64,000 bases of DNA from Nitrospirota bacterium (GTDB taxonomy: Bacteria; Nitrospirota; Thermodesulfovibrionia; Thermodesulfovibrionales; UBA9159): NCBI GenBank assembly GCA_963699545.1, contig CAVOUE010000009.1:64001-128000 (forward strand), in the 5' to 3' direction. Both the position numbers and the translations under genes were made by a program. Under the pieces are notes generated by a model. The model ran no database searches. It had not been told where the DNA came from and saw only the letters and a list, made by a program, of their open reading frames with translations. Within the stretch, counting starts at the first letter, position 1, and each line of letters begins with the position of its first letter. Shown piece after piece: positions 1 to 10,057 of this stretch.

Positions 1-460
1 CCTTTCCCTTGAGCTCCGGGAAGCTTTTCATGGAACTGTCGCCATGGACGATTATATAGGAGTGATAGATGGGTTTGCCGTTCACGCTGGGAGCTGCAAC
101 AAGCTCTACACCAAACTGCTCGCGGTTCTTTACGTACGGGGCTGAACAGATGAATGCGATCTTGACCTCGCCTTTTTCGAGCAGAGAGTCCATTTCGTCA
201 TAGGTCCTCCTGTGGACCATCTGCACCGGCTGGCCGATCTGCTCACCTATATAATCGATGACATCCTGGTAGTATTTGACAGCATCGACCGGGGTGATCA
301 TCGAGGCAACGCCGATCTTGACGACATTATTAGGCTGGGCAAAGGTGTTCTGCTGACTGCAAATGAGAAGAACAACGATGAGAAGGAGTAATACGATTGA
401 ATAAATTGGTCTGTATCCAAAACACGGTCTGAGAGAAAAATATTTACTAATTGATTTCAT
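1..460 (-). CDS. PhnD-like periplasmic oxyanion-binding protein, AioX/ArrT-like; runs off window edge
   Basis: Not in ORF track; hand translation from ATG 460: MKSISKYFS...IVLLLLIVVLLICSQQNTFAQ (signal) then VKIGVASMITP...VQMVHRRTYDEMDSLLEKGEVKIAFICSAPYV...YHSYIIVHGDSSMKSFPELKGK. Confidence 0.8.
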   Translation of the reverse strand, partial: MKSISKYFSLRPCFGYRPIYSIVLLLLIVVLLICSQQNTFAQPNNVVKIGVASMITPVDAVKYYQDVIDYIGEQIGQPVQMVHRRTYDEMDSLLEKGEVKIAFICSAPYVKNREQFGVELVAAPSVNGKPIYHSYIIVHGDSSMKSFPELKGK

Positions 461-464
461 TGCA

Positions 465-1401
465 TCATTTTAGCACCCCTTTAACAATCACATCTACCGC
501 CTCTTCAGGCGTCAGTCCGTGCGCCATGAGTGTCTCCATCTGGCGTTTGTCAACGCTCCCGATGGCAGCTTCATGGGTCACTTTTGCGAGGGGATTTGTG
601 ACATTCACTATCGGAATCGCCTTTGCTACTGCCCTGTCTTTAACAATTTCCATGCAGTCCACATGCCCCCTTGCACCTTCTGCATTTCCTTCGGTAATGC
701 CGGTGACTTCAGCCTGTGCATCGTCTTCAATGGCAACCCTGGTTTTTATAATACTTCGCGAGTTTTTACCCGCCAGAACGACTTTTTCCTTTATATTTAT
801 ATCGTCGTTGGCATGGCCGAAGACCCGTGCCGTCAATTCGGTCACAGCATTTTCTCCTGCTTCGACAGAGTAGTCCATATCGAGTTTGCCGACCCGTCCC
901 GTAGTCAGGGTAAAATCTGTAAAGTATCTGCCGTTCTTGGCGATTCTGACAACTGACTTTCGGAACAACTTCAATGCCTCCGTAAAGCCCGTGATAATGG
1001 GTCTCCGAATATCTCATCTCTGCACCTTCGCCGATCTCAACCACCGCGTCCATGATATGCCGTACCTTCTCAGCATTCGGAAATATGCAGTGGGCAATGA
1101 AATGGGCAGATGAGTTCTTTTCAAGCCTCACATCCATCTTGATCTTCTGGGTTCCCTTTTTGTGCAGAACACCGAAACAGAGATGCACCGGGTTCTTTAT
1201 TTTTATGCCTTCTTTAACCGTAACCCTGGCGCTGATGCCGGTCGATGTCTCTTTAGCATCAACCTCAAGGCCCTCGACACTTTTCATGCTCAGCAGTTTA
1301 TGGCCGCTTGCGACAAGGTGCGCTATCTCATTGTTTTCAAGGACAGCCTTGTCGCCACCGGCGTTCCCCAATGCCTTCATCAATGCATCAAGATCAGACA
1401 T
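465..1401 (-). CDS. sufB: SufB/SufD-family Fe-S scaffold (SmsB-like), frameshift near 960
   Basis: ORFs 766..1428 and 465..974 join; PVHLCFG, GHVDCMEIV, AKVTHEAAIGSVD; probable start ATG 1401 (MSDLDAL). Confidence 0.85.
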
Positions 1402-2112
1402 AAGCGCATACCTCTCCATCGCATACAAGGCATTTCCTTGATTTATAGTATTCAGCTACCTTTGTCGGGATTCCCTGAGCAGACTATTTTCCCATTGCAT
1501 ATCTGTGAAGCCTTGTCGGCAATGACGACAATCTCTTCCCGGTGGGTAATGAGCAAGCACAGATGAACCATTTTCCTTGAATGCATTGATGACATTGACA
1601 ATATCCTGGGTAGAAAGCATGTCTATCCCCGAATCAGGCTCATCGAGGATGGCAAGTTTTGGATGTAATGCAAGTATGGACGCAAGTTCTATCCTCTTTC
1701 GTTCACCTCCGCTCAGGGACTTGTCGACCATCCTGTGCAGATAGAGCTCAGGATGAAGTCCAACCATCTCGAGATACTGAGACGGATCGCTGTCTCTTGT
1801 CTTTCAGCGCCAGATAATCCCTGACCGAAATACCCTCAAACCTCACCGGCTCCTGCCAGGCCATGGTTATGCCGAGGTTTGCCCTCTCATGGATCTTGAG
1901 GTCATTGATTACCTTCCCTCAAACACTATTTCCCCGGATGAAGGCCTGTATCCCTCACAGCCCATGACTAGATATGCAAGGGTGCTTTTGCCGGTGCCGT
2001 TTGTGCCGAGCAGGGCATGGACCTCTGAGACCCCGATGGTCATGGAGAAATCATCAAGGATATTCTTATCACCTGTATGGAAGGTAATTCCTTTGATTTT
2101 CAGCAAAGACAT
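1394..2112 (-). CDS. sufC: SufC-like ABC ATPase (SmsC-like), several frameshifts
   Basis: Walker A GTNGTGKS, LSGGERKR signature, ILDEPDSG; reconstructed C-terminus KVAEYYKSRKCLVCDGEVCAYV* overlapping the sufB start. Confidence 0.85.
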
Positions 2113-2116
2113 CTCC

Positions 2117-2380
2117 CTATAGTCTCAAGATTTCATCAGCAATTGCATCAACTTCATACGAAATGTCATCAGAGATATATTTCTTCTCCTGAGAGTATTG
2201 TATCACCTTATCAACGACATCTCTGAATTCTTCCTTCATGGTCGCTAATTCACCCATGCCGTCACAACCCTTTTGTCTTTGCCTCGCAAGCACGTAGACA
2301 TGGGCGTATTCTCTTGCATCATCCAGAAGTCTGGCAAGTTGAGCATCTGATTTCGACGTTTTGAATATGGTCGAAATCAT
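2117..2380 (-). CDS. small hypothetical protein
   Basis: 87-aa ORF packed between fmdE and sufC; KGCDGMGE motif. Confidence 0.65.
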   Translation of the reverse strand: MISTIFKTSKSDAQLARLLDDAREYAHVYVLARQRQKGCDGMGELATMKEEFRDVVDKVIQYSQEKKYISDDISYEVDAIADEILRL

Positions 2381-2383
2381 GTG

Positions 2384-3128
2384 TCAGTTGATCCTTGGCA
2401 CATTCTTATAATCATTGTCCTTCCTTTTACCCAAATCCTTAGCAGGTGGGCTCAGGCCATTTGTAATCTATTGCGTCTTCAACAATGAATGACTCGTTGA
2501 GCGGCTTGTTTACCAGCCTTTTAGCATATGCCCATTGTAGTCCCTGAAAAAGATCTATGTCCTGTGGCTCAAAGGTTCCGGATTCAATCTTTTTCATCTG
2601 GGTCTTGACCTCTTTGGGGTAAACAGCAGGATTTAGCTTTACATGAATGGTTTTGCCGGTTGAAACCACTTGAATGTAAAACTCGCTTTCGGTTAGTGAA
2701 TTGTCTATGATATGGCTATTAAACCGTGTCCGTGCACCGGTAAGATAATCCGCCACATCGCCCCCGCATGCTGAGTTGTTGGAGACTATCCGGAGGTCTG
2801 TGCGGTCCACAACGCCATTGGGAAAAAGTTTATCAAGGGCGACCCTCAGCGCTCCCGCGCTCTCCACTAAACCTCCGCAGAAGTGGCCATGATATTTGAT
2901 GAGGTCTTTTATGGTTATTGGTTTTGTATCCCTGCTGTAACGGCCGTACTTGTTCTCCGTATCCTTAACATTGAAGGCAGGAGCATACGGCGCTGTCCCA
3001 AGCCATTCCGGGAAATGCCCTCCCGGTTCGACTATATTTGTAGTCACTGCCGCCTGCTTGTCTTCCTGTGCAAATACAGGATAAGCACTAAGTGCGGCAA
3101 TCAGCAGTAACCAGCATATCTTCCTCAT
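2384..3128 (-). CDS. FmdE-family protein with N-terminal signal peptide (exported)
   Basis: Signal MRKICWLLLIAALSAYPVFAQ; YHGHFCGG and NSACGGD motifs; ORF stops at 2439 but removing one base gives CKDLGKRKDNDYKNVPRIN* ending 2384. Confidence 0.75.
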
Positions 3129-3141
3129 ACCTTATATCTCC

Positions 3142-3897
3142 CTAAAAGTTCATCAAGCCCCACGCCATCTTCGCGGCTATTGCGTAGAGAACAATGCCAA
3201 TCATCTTCTTAACCTGCCCTGCGTCGAGTTTCCAGTGCATGAGCCATGATCCAAGAAGAGCCCCGGTGACTGATCCGACAGCTGCAAAGGTAAGCAGGTT
3301 CCAGTTTATTGTTTCAAAGGCTGCGTGGCCAAAAAACCCGGAGAGAGAGGAAAAGACGACAATGAAGGCGGTAGTGGCAGACGCTTTTTTCGGATCAAAG
3401 CCCAGCCACACAAGCGTTGGCACGATAAAGTTTCCGCCTCCTACGCCAAGAAGGCCGCCCAGGTACCCTGCTCCAATGCCCAGTCCGATGCCGGCATTCA
3501 ATTCCTTTCCGCCGGACAACTGACCTTCCTCCTTCTTTTTCGGCTTATAGAAAAGCATCATTGAGGCCGCGAAGACCAGAAAGATCACAAACAAGAGGAT
3601 AAGTGTGTTCTTTTGGAAGAACCGCGTTGACCAGGCACCCAGAGGAGAGAATATAACGGCAAGCACAATGATGGGCACGGCAGTGCGAAACAGAACGAGC
3701 TTATAGCGGATATAGTTGGCGGAGGCGAATGTCATACTGATGGCGTTCAGCAACAGGCCTATCGCCATGGCCTCGGTCAAGGGGATGCCAAGCCAGTAGA
3801 AGGTCGGGATCACGATAAACGCTGCGCCGACCCCGGCTATTGTCAGGACCGTGGTGAAGACAAACACAAGTAATGCCGCTAATATAGGCGTTGCCAT
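3142..3897 (-). CDS. TauE/SafE (TSUP) family sulfur-compound transporter
   Basis: About 8 TM helices, twofold repeat GVGAAFIVIP / GVGGGNFIVP, ASATTAF. Confidence 0.9.
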   Translation of the reverse strand: MATPILAALLVFVFTTVLTIAGVGAAFIVIPTFYWLGIPLTEAMAIGLLLNAISMTFASANYIRYKLVLFRTAVPIIVLAVIFSPLGAWSTRFFQKNTLILLFVIFLVFAASMMLFYKPKKKEEGQLSGGKELNAGIGLGIGAGYLGGLLGVGGGNFIVPTLVWLGFDPKKASATTAFIVVFSSLSGFFGHAAFETINWNLLTFAAVGSVTGALLGSWLMHWKLDAGQVKKMIGIVLYAIAAKMAWGLMNF

Positions 3898-3943
3898 ATA
3901 GTGTCAGAGAGAAGACAGGGCAGAAGCCCTGCTCTCCCAGCGT

Positions 3944-4582
3944 CTAAACAGGAAATTGACAACATTCACCCGTCAGGTCCCCAACCTCTGAACAGGGAAT
4001 GCACAACATCCGTCCGTCAGGAGTTGTTTTCAATTTGTCGGTGAATACAGCCTCGCCGCATCTTGCGCAACGTTTGACATCGAAGTTCGGAGAGCCCTTC
4101 TTTGTGTCCTTGTGAAATACATCACTTATATTGAGGAAGTCGGTTTCCGGAAGACCCAATGCCCTTTCAACAAGAGGGTCAGTTATAGCAGGTGGAATAT
4201 CCTGCGGCGGCACGCCTTTTTTCCGCTCCTGAACGAAAGGCGAGTTCATCGCCTTCTCGAAGAACTCCGGTTTGAGAGAGACGCGTACAGCCTTTCCCGT
4301 CTTTGTATCGACAAGGGTGAAGGCCATCTTGTTGTAATAGAGTTTCTGGATATTGGATTTTCCATAGGTGCAGCCGGTAGCCGTCATGATACCATCCAGG
4401 AAACAGCCGGCTGCATGTCCCTTGCCGGTTTCGGACTCGACCATGAGCTCCTTATCCTTCGAGCGTTCAACACCAAGTGCCTTCATAGCAGCAAGCCCGG
4501 CCCTCAGCCCCATCGGCATGGCAGGGCACCTGTGGCCATGGAACTCCCATGCCACGTCAAGATATTCTTTGAATTCTTTCAT
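3944..4582 (-). CDS. cytoplasmic FmdE-family protein with C-terminal zinc finger
   Basis: [37 protein letters not shown]...CIPC. Confidence 0.9.
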   Translation of the reverse strand: MKEFKEYLDVAWEFHGHRCPAMPMGLRAGLAAMKALGVERSKDKELMVESETGKGHAAGCFLDGIMTATGCTYGKSNIQKLYYNKMAFTLVDTKTGKAVRVSLKPEFFEKAMNSPFVQERKKGVPPQDIPPAITDPLVERALGLPETDFLNISDVFHKDTKKGSPNFDVKRCARCGEAVFTDKLKTTPDGRMLCIPCSEVGDLTGECCQFPV

Positions 4583-4672
4583 GATAAACCTCCTGTTTTT
4601 GTATTTGTATTGTGATGTTTAATTCTTGATACACGGCCCCGCCTCCGGCTCAGAGCAGGGCCTCCGTTCTTT

Positions 4673-5125
4673 TTACCTTCTCCAGCCAGCCCATGCAGGG
4701 ACGCCTGCGCTGTCTCTGAGGACAAGAGTGCTGTCGCCCTTTTTTACTTCAGCTGCTATTATTGCTGGCTTTCCAGCAATGGTCACTCTCGACCCCTTCA
4801 CCTCGATCTTGTCACCTTTTTCGATCCTGGTATCGAGTCTTTCGATGTACCATTCCGGTCCAAGGTGGACGTCAATGCTCTCCTTGTCCGTCTTGACCAC
4901 AATGTGGATTCCTGAATACATTCCTTTCATGGGTGTAATCTTGTCCACAGTTTCAACGGTACCTGATACTGTTTCGACTGTTGCCGGGTTGTACATTCTG
5001 TTATACTGCGAACCCATGCCCCAGCCGCCGCTTCCACGCCAGCCCTTCCATGCCGCAAAGGCCATAGACGATGTTAGGATTACCGAGAGCACGACTACCA
5101 ACCTTATGATTCCCTTTCTACTCAT
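4673..5125 (-). CDS. exported OB-fold-like protein
   Basis: Signal peptide ending AFA, Gly/Trp-rich linker, VHLGPEWY...GDKIEVKGS. Confidence 0.75.
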   Translation of the reverse strand: MSRKGIIRLVVVLSVILTSSMAFAAWKGWRGSGGWGMGSQYNRMYNPATVETVSGTVETVDKITPMKGMYSGIHIVVKTDKESIDVHLGPEWYIERLDTRIEKGDKIEVKGSRVTIAGKPAIIAAEVKKGDSTLVLRDSAGVPAWAGWRR

Positions 5126-5267
5126 AACCACCTCCTTTAGCCGGATCAAGCGTTTCCTTTTATTGTTTTCCCATTACCCAGGTAAAGACGAATGACGAGA
5201 CGATAATTATCGCCCCAGTAATTACGGCCATAAGCAGGGCATACCAGCGGCGCATGAGCAACCTCCC

Positions 5268-6581
5268 TTATACGATATTAAAAAGCTCCGAATGGATCTT
5301 CGTTATAGGAACTCCCAGTCTCCGCAGGGCCTTCTCGCAGGTATCCATCATCGGTACAGGGCCGCAGATAAAATGCTGCCTCTCCCCGACTTCCGGAAGA
5401 TATCTGGCAATCATCTCAGCGTTGATGAAGCCGCTTTCTCCATGCCAACCGGGATCAGGGTTCTCGATAATATGCACAACCCGGAGGTCCAAACGGTCCC
5501 TGATCTCATCGAGTTCCTCGCGGAATGCTGTGCGTTCCCATCGCTTGTTCGCATAAAAGAGCAAAAGCGGCCGCCTGTCACCACGGTCCGCGAGCGTTCG
5601 GAGCATTCCCATGATGGGGGCTACCCCTATGCCTCCTGCAATGAAGACAAGTCCCTTGGCAGGGTATCGGTCGCAGCTGAAGGAACCGTACGGCGCGTCT
5701 ACGTAGACACACTCTCCCGGACTAAGCGTCTTTACTCTTTTCGTGAAGTCCCCGCGCTCCTTGATTGTGAACTCCAGGGTAGCGGGATGCTCGGCGCTCG
5801 ATGCGACGGAGAACGGATGGTCCTTCATCGCGAATGGGGAGCACCAGATCGAAAGCCATGCAAACTGTCCTGGAAGGAACCGGATGCCCTCGTGCCCTTG
5901 AGGGCGTATCCTTATCGTCCAGTTGTCGCCTCGCTCCTCCGTTACTGCCTCAACGACATAAGTCCTCCGGCCAATTTTCAACGGCCTTGCAATCCACATA
6001 TACATGACGAGCCACACCCAAGTCAGAACGACCGCGATCAAGAAGTTGCGCTGCAATGGATTCTGCATATGATAGCCCACTCCTGCGATGTGCCCCATCG
6101 CGGCAAGAATCCCGACGATCGCCAGGGTCCGGTGCCAAATCCGCCAGCTATCATACTCGATGTCGAACCGTTGTCTCACGACAGCCAAAGAGCTCATGAT
6201 GACCACAGTCAGTGCCGCGATGATTCCCGCCTGAAAATGGAGCGGGGTCGTTATGGGATTTAAGAACTCGGCAGTAAATGGGTACTTGAGAAAAAAAATC
6301 GCTAGATGGGCGATAATGAATCCACAGATGAGGAGGCCAATGTACTTGTGAAAGTAGTAAACAATGTCGATGCCGAAGGGGGCTGTGGCTTTCTTGAAGC
6401 GAGCGGTGAGTGCAAACTCCATCCCCATGGCTGTCATGCTCATGAACCCTATGGCCGATGAGAATTCCCACCAGAAGCCCCTTCCAGGCAGAGGCTTGCT
6501 AGCCAGGAGGACGAAAGAGGGGGCAACAATGATGAAGAGGTAAAGCCCATACCAGAAGCCTCTTGTCAGGAAATATTTCAT
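5268..6581 (-). CDS. ferric reductase-like transmembrane FAD/NAD(P)H oxidoreductase
   Basis: His-bearing TM domain plus FNR motifs HPFS, GDFT, PYGSF, AGGIGVAP, ICGP, ELF. Confidence 0.9.
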   Translation of the reverse strand: MKYFLTRGFWYGLYLFIIVAPSFVLLASKPLPGRGFWWEFSSAIGFMSMTAMGMEFALTARFKKATAPFGIDIVYYFHKYIGLLICGFIIAHLAIFFLKYPFTAEFLNPITTPLHFQAGIIAALTVVIMSSLAVVRQRFDIEYDSWRIWHRTLAIVGILAAMGHIAGVGYHMQNPLQRNFLIAVVLTWVWLVMYMWIARPLKIGRRTYVVEAVTEERGDNWTIRIRPQGHEGIRFLPGQFAWLSIWCSPFAMKDHPFSVASSAEHPATLEFTIKERGDFTKRVKTLSPGECVYVDAPYGSFSCDRYPAKGLVFIAGGIGVAPIMGMLRTLADRGDRRPLLLFYANKRWERTAFREELDEIRDRLDLRVVHIIENPDPGWHGESGFINAEMIARYLPEVGERQHFICGPVPMMDTCEKALRRLGVPITKIHSELFNIV

Positions 6582-6721
6582 TTTTTCTTTAACCGCCCAA
6601 TATTCTATTGAACGACGATCGATCCTAATTCAACATTAGGAGCTGACGGAAAGGGTGATGCGCGCTACTATCATCCTCGTTCCATCAGCGTTTGCGAATT
6701 ATCGTTTCATATGCCCAAGTC

Positions 6722-7411
6722 TCATAAATTCGTTATTCCAAAATAGATACCTAATACCACTAGTAGGGCGCCGCTCAGCTTCTTTGCGTAGAGGGAGAAG
6801 TTCTTTACACCCTTCGACCCGATAATGCTCTCCGTGATCCCAACAGATAGTCCCGCCACGAAAATAAGTGCACAATGCCCGAGGGCATAAACATAGAGGA
6901 GCGATCCGCCGTAGAGAATATCACCTTGCGTCGAGACATAGGCGAGGAGCACTGCAAGCACGGGCGTAGCGCAGGGGGATGATACCGTACCGGTCAACAT
7001 GCCGAGCAGGAATGCCCCGAGGAGCCCTTTAGTTTTAATCGCCCTTATCTTCTGAAAGGGTAAGGGGATTGAAACGACTCCCATGAGCTGCAGACCCATT
7101 ACTACCGCGACAAGTGCAAGCCCGAGATAAAGCCATCTGCCCATGAATCCGAGGAATTGTCCCATGAATGATGCTGCGGCGCCAAACAGGGTAAAGGTGA
7201 TCGAGAGCCCGAGAACAAATACCAGGGAGAAAAGGGCTGCCTTCTTTTTGTTCCCCTCCGAATAGCCGCCGACGTAGCCGATGATGAGCGGGATGGCCGC
7301 AAACACACATGGACTTGCGGCAGATATCAGACCACCGATAAAAACAGCGATAAACGCCAGTCCGTGCTGATCCTGGATGATATATTGAATGTTACTTAAG
7401 AGGACTTCCAT
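6722..7411 (-). CDS. ccdA: CcdA/DsbD transmembrane thiol-exchange protein
   Basis: SPCV and SPCATP motifs in a 6-TM protein. Confidence 0.88.
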   Translation of the reverse strand: MEVLLSNIQYIIQDQHGLAFIAVFIGGLISAASPCVFAAIPLIIGYVGGYSEGNKKKAALFSLVFVLGLSITFTLFGAAASFMGQFLGFMGRWLYLGLALVAVVMGLQLMGVVSIPLPFQKIRAIKTKGLLGAFLLGMLTGTVSSPCATPVLAVLLAYVSTQGDILYGGSLLYVYALGHCALIFVAGLSVGITESIIGSKGVKNFSLYAKKLSGALLVVLGIYFGITNL

Positions 7412-7466
7412 GTGCCTTATTTCCCCTCCCTGAGTTTCCCGGTAAAGTAAGGAGCCAACCCGCTTT

Positions 7467-7844
7467 CTATATGCCTGCCTTTTTTAATACCAACACGATC
7501 TCTTCATAACCGTAAAACCCAATGTGCCGGTGGAATTCCTTGCCGCTCTTATCAAGAAAAACCTGAGTCGGTATTACATAGACGCCAAACCGCCTGCCAT
7601 TTTCCTTGTCTTTTCTCACATCGACAAAGAAGACTTCCAGCTTTCCTTTGTAATTCGTTCTTAGCTTTTCCATTACAGGCTTCATCTGCTCGCAGGGGAT
7701 ACATCCTACTGATCCCAGCTCCAGCATTACCGCCTTGCCGTCTTTTTTTGCATTACTCAGTATGGTATCAATCTCACTTGCATTGCTGCATCCGCATAGC
7801 GCAAGGAACATCACAACAACCAAAGGCAGCAGTCTTTCTCCCAT
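7467..7844 (-). CDS. exported or lipoprotein thioredoxin
   Basis: Signal peptide with LCGC lipobox-like site, CIPC active site, IPTQVF. Confidence 0.88.
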   Translation of the reverse strand: MGERLLPLVVVMFLALCGCSNASEIDTILSNAKKDGKAVMLELGSVGCIPCEQMKPVMEKLRTNYKGKLEVFFVDVRKDKENGRRFGVYVIPTQVFLDKSGKEFHRHIGFYGYEEIVLVLKKAGI

Positions 7845-7869
7845 AATCCCTCCACGGCGTAGAGTCTTT

Positions 7870-8949
7870 CTATGATGGTTTAATGTCTTTCACCCTGCAA
7901 GAGTCAATGGCGAAGTATGTCTTCTGGAAATACAGAGCGACGTTCACCAGACTTATTAGGACGGGGACCTCTACAAGCGGGCCAATGACCGCAGCAAAGG
8001 CAGAGCCGGAATTGATACCGAAAACGGCAACGGCAACGGCTATGGCAAGTTCAAAGTTGTTGCTTGCCGCGGTGAAGGAAAGCGTGGCTGTCTTCGGATA
8101 ATCCGCTCCTATCTTTCTGCCTAAATAGAATGAGACGAGGAACATGACAACAAAATAGATGAGGAGCGGGATTGCTATACGGACAACATCCAGCGGAAGT
8201 CTCACAATGTAATTGCCCTTCAGTGAAAACATGACGAGGATGGTAAAAAGCAGGAAGATGAGCGTGATAGGACTTATCCTTGGGACAAATACCTTTTCAT
8301 ACCACTCGCGGTTCCTGATCTTAAGCAGGCTGAAGCGGGTTATCATCCCAGCAAGAAAAGGTATTCCCAGATAGATGAAGACGCTTTCTGCGATCTGGCC
8401 TATGGTGACATTGACTACCACACCCTTTAGCCCGAACCATGCCGGCAGCACGGTTATAAAGACATAGGCATAGACAGAGAAGAAGAGGACCTGAAATATC
8501 GAATTGAAGGCCACAAGACCGGCAGCATATTCCGTATCACCACAGGCAAGGTCGTTCCATACGATAACCATTGCGATACAGCGTGCAAGGCCAATCATGA
8601 TGAGCCCGACCATGTATTCCGGATAAGCCCTAAGAAAGATGATCGCCAGCAGGAACATCAGGACAGGTCCTATAACCCAGTTCTGGATCAGGGAGAGTCC
8701 GAGAACCTTCCTGTTTCTGAAGACCTCTCCCAGTTCCTCATACTTCACCTTTGCAAGCGGGGGATACATCATAAGGATAAGGCCGATAGCAATGGGGATA
8801 TTTGTTGTGCCGACCTGGAAACTGTTTATGAGTGCTTCAGTCCCCGGCACGAAATATCCGAGGCCGACACCACAGGCCATGGCAGCGAATATCCACAGGG
8901 TAAGGTAACGATCAAGGAAAGAAAGTCTCTTGCCTTTTTTTTCGGTCAT
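7870..8949 (-). CDS. acr3: Acr3 arsenite efflux transporter
   Basis: [45 protein letters not shown]. Confidence 0.97.
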   Translation of the reverse strand: MTEKKGKRLSFLDRYLTLWIFAAMACGVGLGYFVPGTEALINSFQVGTTNIPIAIGLILMMYPPLAKVKYEELGEVFRNRKVLGLSLIQNWVIGPVLMFLLAIIFLRAYPEYMVGLIMIGLARCIAMVIVWNDLACGDTEYAAGLVAFNSIFQVLFFSVYAYVFITVLPAWFGLKGVVVNVTIGQIAESVFIYLGIPFLAGMITRFSLLKIRNREWYEKVFVPRISPITLIFLLFTILVMFSLKGNYIVRLPLDVVRIAIPLLIYFVVMFLVSFYLGRKIGADYPKTATLSFTAASNNFELAIAVAVAVFGINSGSAFAAVIGPLVEVPVLISLVNVALYFQKTYFAIDSCRVKDIKPS

Positions 8950-9329
8950 TTACAGCCCCCGGCGCATCGTTTCTTTTCAGGAAGAGGCACGACATTGTCC
9001 CTGGCGGGCTTGTCCTGCATGAAATGAGCAAGCCTTCTCCTGTCCTCTGCAATGGCCTCTTTCGGTATCCTTTCGAGGACCGAAACAAGCAGGAACCTCC
9101 GGAAAAAGTCCGCGTCGTCGATGCTGTAATGGGTCCATCGTCCCTGTTTCCTGTCTTTCAGAAAGCCGGCCTCTTTCAGCACGTTCAGGTGAAAGGATAC
9201 TTTCGGCTGAACCATATCAAGGCCCGCAACGATGTCACATACGCAGAGTTCTCCATGCTCAAGCAGCTTCAAGATCCTGAGCCTTGTTTCCTCCGAAAGC
9301 GCTTTGAAGATATTGATCATTTCCTGCAT
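8946..9329 (-). CDS. arsR: ArsR family repressor
   Basis: [19 protein letters not shown] As-binding motif, C-terminal Cys pair. Confidence 0.93.
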   Translation of the reverse strand: MQEMINIFKALSEETRLRILKLLEHGELCVCDIVAGLDMVQPKVSFHLNVLKEAGFLKDRKQGRWTHYSIDDADFFRRFLLVSVLERIPKEAIAEDRRRLAHFMQDKPARDNVVPLPEKKRCAGGCK

Positions 9330-9330
9330 G

Positions 9331-9570
9331 CTACACCTCTTCCTTAATCACGGCTTTCACTTTTTCAATGTTCGGCAGCGGCTTGCCGGAATGTTTGAGC
9401 TTGCCATTGACGAGAAGCCCAGGGGTGGACATGGTATATTTCATGATCTCCTGAATATCGGAAATCTTCTCAACCTTAGCATCCATGCCGAGTTCCTTCA
9501 GCGCTGTTTTCGCCAGCTGCTCCACTGTGTGACAATTGGCACATCCCGGACCTAATACTTTGATTTCCAT
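9331..9570 (-). CDS. small redox-active disulfide protein (thioredoxin-like)
   Basis: MEIKVLGPGCANC...MSTPGL. Confidence 0.88.
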   Translation of the reverse strand: MEIKVLGPGCANCHTVEQLAKTALKELGMDAKVEKISDIQEIMKYTMSTPGLLVNGKLKHSGKPLPNIEKVKAVIKEEV

Positions 9571-9596
9571 AATCGAATCCTCCTTATAGTTCACAT

Positions 9597-10046
9597 TCAA
9601 CACTTTTTGGGCAACATACTAATTGCTGATTTTCGCTCGCCCAGTCGAGGCAACTTGACATGAAAGACCTGTGATGCCGCAAGAAGCCCGGCCTTGACGA
9701 TCAAGTCAGCAGGGATCGTCTCATGGGTCTGATCAGCATACTTAACAGTTCTGCATTCTGCGTCTCCACAAACCTCACAACAGGGGCTTTGTCCAGTCCG
9801 TGCGCCCAGCCACTCTTCAAGCGTCTTTCCAGCAATTAGGATTTTATTTGACTGTGATACATCCTTCATGAAAGCCTCAGGCTCGACAGCCTTTTTCACC
9901 AGGCTGACATTAATCTCAAAAGGCTTGAGCTCACGGGTAAGACTGGCTGCGGCCTTTTCCACTTGCTGCTCAGTCGAACCGCACCGCGGACATGTCTTCT
10001 TATGTTCATCGAGCAATCTTTGCCATTCAATGCTAAGTGTTTTCAC
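9597..10046 (-). CDS. DUF2703-like Cys-rich ars-associated protein
   Basis: TCPRC, SNKILIAG, CCEVCGDAECRTV. Confidence 0.8.
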   Translation of the reverse strand: MKTLSIEWQRLLDEHKKTCPRCGSTEQQVEKAAASLTRELKPFEINVSLVKKAVEPEAFMKDVSQSNKILIAGKTLEEWLGARTGQSPCCEVCGDAECRTVKYADQTHETIPADLIVKAGLLAASQVFHVKLPRLGERKSAISMLPKKC

Positions 10047-10057
10047 AGCTATGCCTC

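Noticed and set aside
4673-5125. Resemblance to MamS/MamX OB domain, plus lemA as a mamQ relative, hinting at magnetosome genes
   Set aside because: No mamABEKM genes; both families are widespread and lemA is in its usual DUF2207 context.
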